From Macrostomum lignano (taxonomy: Eukaryota): a stretch of DNA of 64,000 nt. Every line of letters begins with the position of its first letter. The stretch's first letter is position 1. The position numbers and the translations under genes were made by a program. The stretch lies in the NCBI GenBank assembly GCA_002269645.1, contig NIVC01001151.1:186001-250000 (forward strand), written 5' to 3'. The notes under the pieces were generated by a model, which saw only the letters and a list, made by a program, of their open reading frames with translations, did not search any database and had not been told where the DNA came from. Shown here piece after piece: positions 57,598 to 64,000 of the stretch.

Positions 57598-58287
57598 AAA
57601 AATAAAATGACGCCTCCACTCCGATAAAACTGCGACTCTAATCAAAACGAAAAAGCATCCCTTTAAATCCTGTGAGCAGCTCTCTGGTTTGTAATCAGTG
57701 CGTTGCGTCAATCTGTAATTCTTCGTATTTTTCATAATACGTAACTTCATCACCATCAAAATCTAAAAAAAACTTCAGATCCGATTGTTAATGAATATTT
57801 GTTTTACTCACGTGGCTGTCGTTCTGCATTTTCTGCTCCTTTCTGCTGCTTTGTGCCCAGGGTTCTCTCCAAGGCTTTCTCTCTGTATAGTGATGAAGCT
57901 TTACTTTTCATTTTGTTGTGAAAATCGTGCCCTTTTTCTCTCTCGCCATACCCCAAGCATCTTAGTCTGCCCCAGTCCTCCAGTTGTCTATAAACGTGCG
58001 TACATTGATCACACCTACCTCCCACCTCACCCAGGGCGTACATTTTCACTTTAATGAGGCACGCATTGAATTATGAGGCATCCCCCCTCCCCCCCGAACG
58101 GTAGTTGGCTAATTTCGAACTCTCTACCTTAACAAATGCGCTGCCCGCGGTAACCTGATTGTGCCCAATTTGTTAGTTTCCTGCTTTTCCCTGCTTCTCC
58201 CTTCGACAGGTCAGGCTGCAGGCGAGCGGTCCTGTGGATGGGCGCACAACAACTGGTGCCAGTGACCAGAATTCCAGATTTCTGGAG

Positions 58288-58790
58288 TAGTGAATTAGTG
58301 AACTAGTGAACTAGTGAATTAGTGAATTAGTGAATTAGTGAGTTAGTGAACTGGTGAATTAGTGAATTAGTGAATTAGTTAACTAGTGAATTGGTGAATT
58401 AGTGAATTAGTGAACTGGTGAATTAGTGAATTAGTGAATTAGTGAATTAGTTAACTAGTGAATTAGCGATCGAATTAGTAAATTAGTGAATTAGTGAATT
58501 AGTGAATTAGTGAATAAGTGAATTAGTGAATTAGTGAATTAGTGAATTAGTGAATTAGTGAATTAGTTAACTAGTGAATTAGTGAATTAGTGATCGAATT
58601 AGTGAATTAGTGAATTAGTGAATTAGTTAACTACTGAATTAGTGAATTAGTGAATTAGTGAATTGGTTAACTAGTGAATTAGTTAACTAGTAAATTATTG
58701 AATAAGTGAATTAGTTAACTAGTAAATTATTGAATTAGTGAATTAGTTACCTAGTGAATTAGTTAACTATTGAATTTGTGAATTTGTGAA
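58288..58790. repeat. 8-bp (AGTGAATT)n satellite
   Basis: Read directly. Confidence 0.95.
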
Positions 58791-58829
58791 TTTGTTAAGC
58801 GCTTATAGCCAATTTAGAAGATCTTATCG

Positions 58830-59900
58830 GTGCTTTGACAGCAAGAATCCAGGAGCAGTTGAACATAGGTCTGCTTGTTTCACGTCTAAAAAGCAAGTAC
58901 GTGCCGACTCAAGATTTTGCTTTGTGGATGCAACAGTTTACCCCGCACTACGCGCTCAAGGACCACTGTACTCGTAGTACTGGCTGCTACAGTGGTCCTT
59001 GACTACGCTTTCCAGCCAGTGCGCCAGACTCTCGCATCGATGAAGCTGAGTCTGAGATGGCAAAAAACCATGGCCACACTGACTCTTTGTCTCGAAAATA
59101 TCGAAACTCGAAACTCTGCTTCTTGAGCAAATTTTTTATTTCTGCAGCGCAATTTTAAATATTGCAATGCAATATTACCAGCGTATATCATAAATAGTTT
59201 CTTAACGGAGGTTGTCAAATTGTCAACCCCACCGCAGGTCATGCCCTGGCAGCAGAGTCAGGAGAGGTGTCCTGATCAGGCTCGAAGCGTAGGTTCTGGT
59301 CTTTCGATGTCCAGGGTCTGAAGTTCCAAAAATTATCTGGCCACCCAGCTTGTTTCAGAAGGTCTGTGAGCTGCATGACGGAGTCGCAGGTGGTCACCTA
59401 TGGATCGAAAAGACCCAGAAGAAGTTGAAGGCCAGGTTCTGGTGGCCTGGAATTTCAAGAAAGATTGCAGGAGGAGTACTGCAGGAGCTGTGTGCACTGT
59501 GCGCGGTAAAAACCAGGCCAGGTAGATCGAGCTCCGCTGCACCCCATTGTGTCAAGAGCATCATTAATTAGACCATCGCTGAAATCGAGGAATTAATTGA
59601 TCTAGGTTCGTTCTGATCATTCAAAGCTCGTTCACTAAGTGGCCAGCTGCCGTGGCGCTTTCAAATCAGCGTGCAAGCACGGTTGTGGCAGAGGCTATTT
59701 GCGACAATTGAATTGCGTAGTTTGGATGCACCAGTACCTGTGATCTCTGGGGCACAGGCTCGCGAAGGCACATTCACATGTAAGACAAAATCTGCCAAAT
59801 TATCAGCGGAAGCAGAAAATCATACGAATCATATACGTAGGAATATAGTACTCTAATATTCACCGGCCCTGTAGCCGAACGAAGCGGCAAACTTTCACAG
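58830..59900 (+). pseudogene. Decayed Ty3/Gypsy pol fragment (RNase H end, integrase H2C2, integrase core)
   Basis: KNHGHTDSLSR (ADALSR-like); LHDGVAGGHLWIEKTQKKLKARFWWPG..C..C..K; degenerate FG.P core with stops and frameshifts. Confidence 0.7.
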
Positions 59901-61519
59901 TTACATTTATATTATATGTAACAATTATATAGTCTTATTTCTGAGACAAGCGCTCCTGAGGAACTGGCTCACAACAATAGCTCGTATTTAAAAAGTTTTT
60001 GAAGTGAAGATTATAAATTTCTTTGAAAAGTTTAGATAATTAATGTTAAAAATGATGTTTCATTTTCTCCAGTGTTATGCAGGTGTTAAAAATATTATCG
60101 ATAAAAGTAATCCTCTGTCAACGATTATTTGAAAAGAGCTTTTTACAGAAGAAATTAATAACTCGTTGAAGTAAAGCATTGTAGTGAAATATATTAGTGT
60201 ACTAAGACTCATAAACTTATTTTGAAAAGGCCCTCATGACCAGTGCAATTATTGTCAGAAACTGCAAGTTAAGCTTAATAACTTGGCCGTGGTCGCAGTT
60301 AGTAACGTAAAGCAGGGGCGTGGATCCAGAAAAAAACTTTGTTAGGGGGCAAATTAAAGGCCGTAAAAAGTATAGGATAATAGACAAAAAAGTCGTCAAA
60401 ACACGGCAAATATATGTGGCAATTTTTTCGCCCCTAGCTGAAGGGTGCATTCCCTGCCACTGTTAACGCAAAGCGGCCGGTAGCTCTGATCATCTGCAAA
60501 CATCGAACGTGGCGGAAAGTGATCGTTTTAACAAACGTTGGAACAAGTACTGTTTATTAGAAAATTACAGATACCTTTCGTACACTGTTAAGTTTTAGAT
60601 GTTATCTTTTTAATTTTACGGCAAAATTAAAAACAATTATTGTGAAGTATACCGTCCTATTTTTATTATCGCGATTGTGTATTATAACTTTGAACTTTAC
60701 TTTGTGCTTACATTTTATTATTGCACGTGAACTTAATGAAAACCAAGAGTCCAAGACACAAAGCAGCATAACACTTTTTGCTCTAAAAATATCTCGTCTG
60801 GCTAGCAATGCAGAAAGAAAAATATATAGAATGCATACTTGAAAAGCAAATTGTAAATTTACCTTGGCCATACGTAAAGTACATACTTTCATATATCATA
60901 GAATAATGGTGAACTACATAATATATCCATAGCTAATTTATGTAAGTTTTGTTAATCCTAGGCCCTAATAACTGGATTAATGGATTAGGAACACAATCTC
61001 TTTGAAATCTTATTTTTCTTAGTAGTTACTATCAATAGTTACTTTGCTCTCAGATTTTTCACATTAAACAATTAATAAAAACAAAAAACCCATCATGATA
61101 CAATTGCGATCGCTTTGCCATTTTTGCTATATCTTTTAGCCCCGAAAAATGTTTTATTTTTCAATAACAAAATTTATGCAAATATAAAAATTAGCAAACT
61201 GTCACTGACTTAGATTTAAAATCTGATGGCTAGATTTGGTCCTACCATTAAAAAGGTATAATTATGTAAAATTTGGATAGTTAAAAAATTTAATATATGT
61301 ATTGCATAGTGTCCCAAAATTACCATATTCTATTGACATTTAATTAAATATTAAAAAATGTTATATTGAATAATAGAATGATAATCTTAAAAGCTGTTAA
61401 AAGCGAACTTCTTTTATTTTTTACAGAAAACTTTTTAAAAATGAAAAATTTGATACCTTTCTAGGAATACAAATCATGTCATTAGTCTCTTAAAATTTCA
61501 GTCCACATTTTTACTGATC

Positions 61520-63059
61520 ATGTGGCTGCCTCTACCAACTCCACTGCTGTTGTATCTTTTATTTGTGTTGGCAACATCTGTGATCTGCGCTACATCATCT
61601 GGAGATCCTTCAATGGCAGGTTGCCCCCAGCCTGGCAGACCTGGCATCCTCAATTCCGGTCAGGTGCGTCATCTGTTCGTCGGCGATCGTCTGATCCTTC
61701 GCTGCTGCCTGTTACGTCGATCGTCCTCGTCGCCAACGACAAGCGGAGTGGCCTGGTTCACACCGACCGGGGTTCGAGTCGGCTACCTGGGAACCAATGC
61801 TCCACAGCAGACGGCCTTCATCCTGTCGGAGACTGACGGCTCTCTGCAGTCGGCTGTGCTGGTGGTGACCAGCGTCGATCGTCGACAGCACGACGGCGAG
61901 TTTGTCTGTCGGGACGCCGACTCGCCGTCGATGTCGGCGGCTTCGGCCGCCTCTGTGCGGGTTGTCGTGCGCGACCGGCTGCAGCTGGAAGCTCCGCCGT
62001 TGCAGTGGCTTCGAGCCGGCTCGCCCGGCCGGCTGCAGTGCTCGGCCAGTGTGTCCGGGGCCAGCCTGGCCTGGTACCGGGGCCGGCAGCGCCTGCGATC
62101 GGAGGGTGAGATTTGGGAAGATGGGGATTTGGGAAGATGGGGATTTGGGAAGATGGGGATTTAGGGATGGGAACACGGGAAAATTGGGATTTTGAGAAAA
62201 GGAATTTGGGAAAATGCTGATTTGGAAAAGTTGAATTGGGAAGAGGAAGATTTGAGAAGATAAGGGTTTGGGAAGATGCGGACTTAAGAAGATGGGGATT
62301 TGGGAAGATAGGGATTATGGAAGATGGAGATTCGGGAAGATAGAGATTTGGGAAAATGAAAAGTTGGAAACAAATTAAAAGGGGAGATTTCAGTAGATGG
62401 GGTTTACCGGTTTGGGGAGACTTGAGGATGTTAGAAATTCGCTATTCGAGATCCGCGGTATAATTATCTCAGATTTGAAGATCAGAGAATCCAGGCACCT
62501 AAAGATCCCCTTCAATCAAACCTCAAGGCGACAGCGGATCGAACGGCGACATTCTACTCGCCAGAGTTCGCCCTAGCGACGCAGGCGCCTACGCTTGCAA
62601 AGGCGAGCTGCAGTCGACTTCCAATAGCGTCGGAGGCAGCATCGACGTGTCTGTAGTGGAAGTTCGAGTCTACCAGCCGCCAGTGATTGTACGCGGCCCG
62701 TCAACTGTCGACAATTCGAAAGCTTTGCAAGGCCGAACTGTCGAGTTCGAATGTCTAGTTGAAGGATTTCCGGCGCCACAGATCTACTGGCTGGTCGATA
62801 ATCGCAGCATCGACGCGAACGACCCAGACACGGCGGCTCGGTTGGGAGCCAGAAGGCTCTGGAGCCGTCAGGAGGCGGAGGGTGGCAGCAACACCAGTCC
62901 CCCGATCCGAATGCGCTCGCTATTGAAGGTATTGGATTTTATGGGCGGCGAAGGCGAGGCTGAAGGAATGCCCAGCGACAGGTGGCGACAGGTGCCGACG
63001 TTCACCTGCGAGGCGGTGCTGTCTGTGCCAGGTGTGGCCATCGAGACGACGAGGAAGAG
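61520..63059 (+). CDS. Immunoglobulin-superfamily cell-surface protein, 5' part (exons 61520..62105 and 62528..63059; continues beyond the window)
   Basis: Signal peptide MWLPLPTPLLLYLLFVLA; Ig motifs LILRCC..W..DGEFVC, LQCS..W..DAGAYAC, VEFECLVEGFPAPQIYW..FTC; phase-1 junction G|GTGAG..CTCAAG|GC. Confidence 0.8.
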
Positions 63060-63112
63060 GTCAGTATTGTGACTTCATGATTCGGGTGATTCCGTAGGTG
63101 ATTTACTTGTAG

Positions 63113-63600
63113 GGTCAGTGATTCACAGGTAGGGTCAGTGATTCACAGGTAGGGTCAGTGATTCACAGGTATGGGTCAGTAATTCACAGGTATGGGTCAG
63201 TAATTCACAGGTATGGGTCAGTGATTCGCAGGTAGGGTCAGTGATCCACAGTTAGAGTCAGTAATTCACAGTTAGGGTCAGTGATTCACAGGTATGGGTC
63301 AGTGATTCACAGGTAGGGTCAGTGATTCACAGGTATGGGTCAGTAATTCACAGGTAGGGTCAGTGATTCGCAGGTAGGGTCAGTGATTCGCAGGTAGGGT
63401 CAGTGATTCACAGGTAGGGTCAGTGATTCACAGGTAGAGTCAGTGATTCACAGGTAGGGTCAGTGATTCACAGGTAGGGTCAGTGATTCACAGGTAGGGT
63501 CAGTGATTCACAGGTATGGGTCAGTGATTCACAGGTAGGGTCAGTGATTCACAGGTAAAGGTCAGTGATTCACAGCTATGGGTCAGTATTTCACTGGTAA
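63113..63600. repeat. 20-bp CAGTGATTCACAGGTAGGGT array in the Ig-gene intron
   Basis: Read directly. Confidence 0.9.
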
Positions 63601-64000
63601 AGGTCAGTGGAATGACAGCTAAAGGTCAGGTAGGGTTTACGGGTAATATGAATTGAGCCCCAAAAAGTACAAAAATCATTAAGTACATTTTAGCTACAAA
63701 CTTATCTATGGATTTTTAAATTAATAATTAATAAACACTAAAAAGAGATGTGCATAGAAGACAGGATTGCAGAGCGGGCGGAGCAGTCTCCAGCGGGAGG
63801 CACTTGTCCATCTGTATCGATTCCCAGGGCAATTCCCGCTTCTGCCTATAAGGAAGTGAATGTTGCGAGAGAAATGGGAAGAGAGAGTATCGAGATGCCC
63901 CATGATTGGGAAAAAGTTCGGAAAAGAGAGAGGAGAGATGAGGTGAAGAGAAGTGAGGCCGGACTTCCCAAAACACTGTCCGCTGGACTTTGGGGAATTG

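Noticed and set aside
57326-57627. PAPEA, RGAST and LAPLV ORFs
   Set aside because: 15-bp repeat read in several frames; stops separate it from the otopetrin frame.
60312-60460. Harbinger-like MITE end (GGGGCGTGGATCCAG)
   Set aside because: No matching opposite terminus or target duplication found.
23552-62527. Idea that GGGAT arrays near donors pair with ATCCC arrays near acceptors to loop out introns
   Set aside because: Fits some introns, but hexosaminidase intron 4 is ATCCC-rich at both ends; the pattern is inconsistent.

Overview
Eukaryotic (animal) genomic DNA, not prokaryotic: spliced genes with GT-AG introns, and almost every intron and intergenic gap carries its own tandem repeat. 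This style suggests the flatworm Macrostomum (inference only). Most long ORFs in the supplied track are repeat artefacts. Genes reconstructed by hand: the 3' end of a Mab-21/cGAS-like gene (copy A, <1-739); two tandem copies of the terminal exon of a MEGF8-like gene; WRAP73/WDR8 (4 exons); an intronless RING-CH (MARCH-like) E3 ligase; an 8-exon chitobiase-type GH20 beta-hexosaminidase with two single-base frameshifts; a ~2044-aa, 4-exon ankyrin-repeat + cGAS-like (Mab-21) nucleotidyltransferase; transketolase (7 exons, minus strand); an otopetrin-like channel (minus strand); and the 5' part of an Ig-domain surface protein. Mobile DNA: a Tc1 (DD34E, IR/DR) transposon with an intact transposase ORF, a hAT-type MITE, a foldback element and a decayed Ty3/Gypsy pol. 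Most interesting: the cGAS-like enzyme is fused to ~28 near-identical 99-bp ankyrin units that vary almost only at ligand-contact positions and show block duplication, a candidate diversifying immune sensor whose 3' end is also duplicated locally. Second theme: minisatellites that arose by amplifying splice junctions and stop codons.
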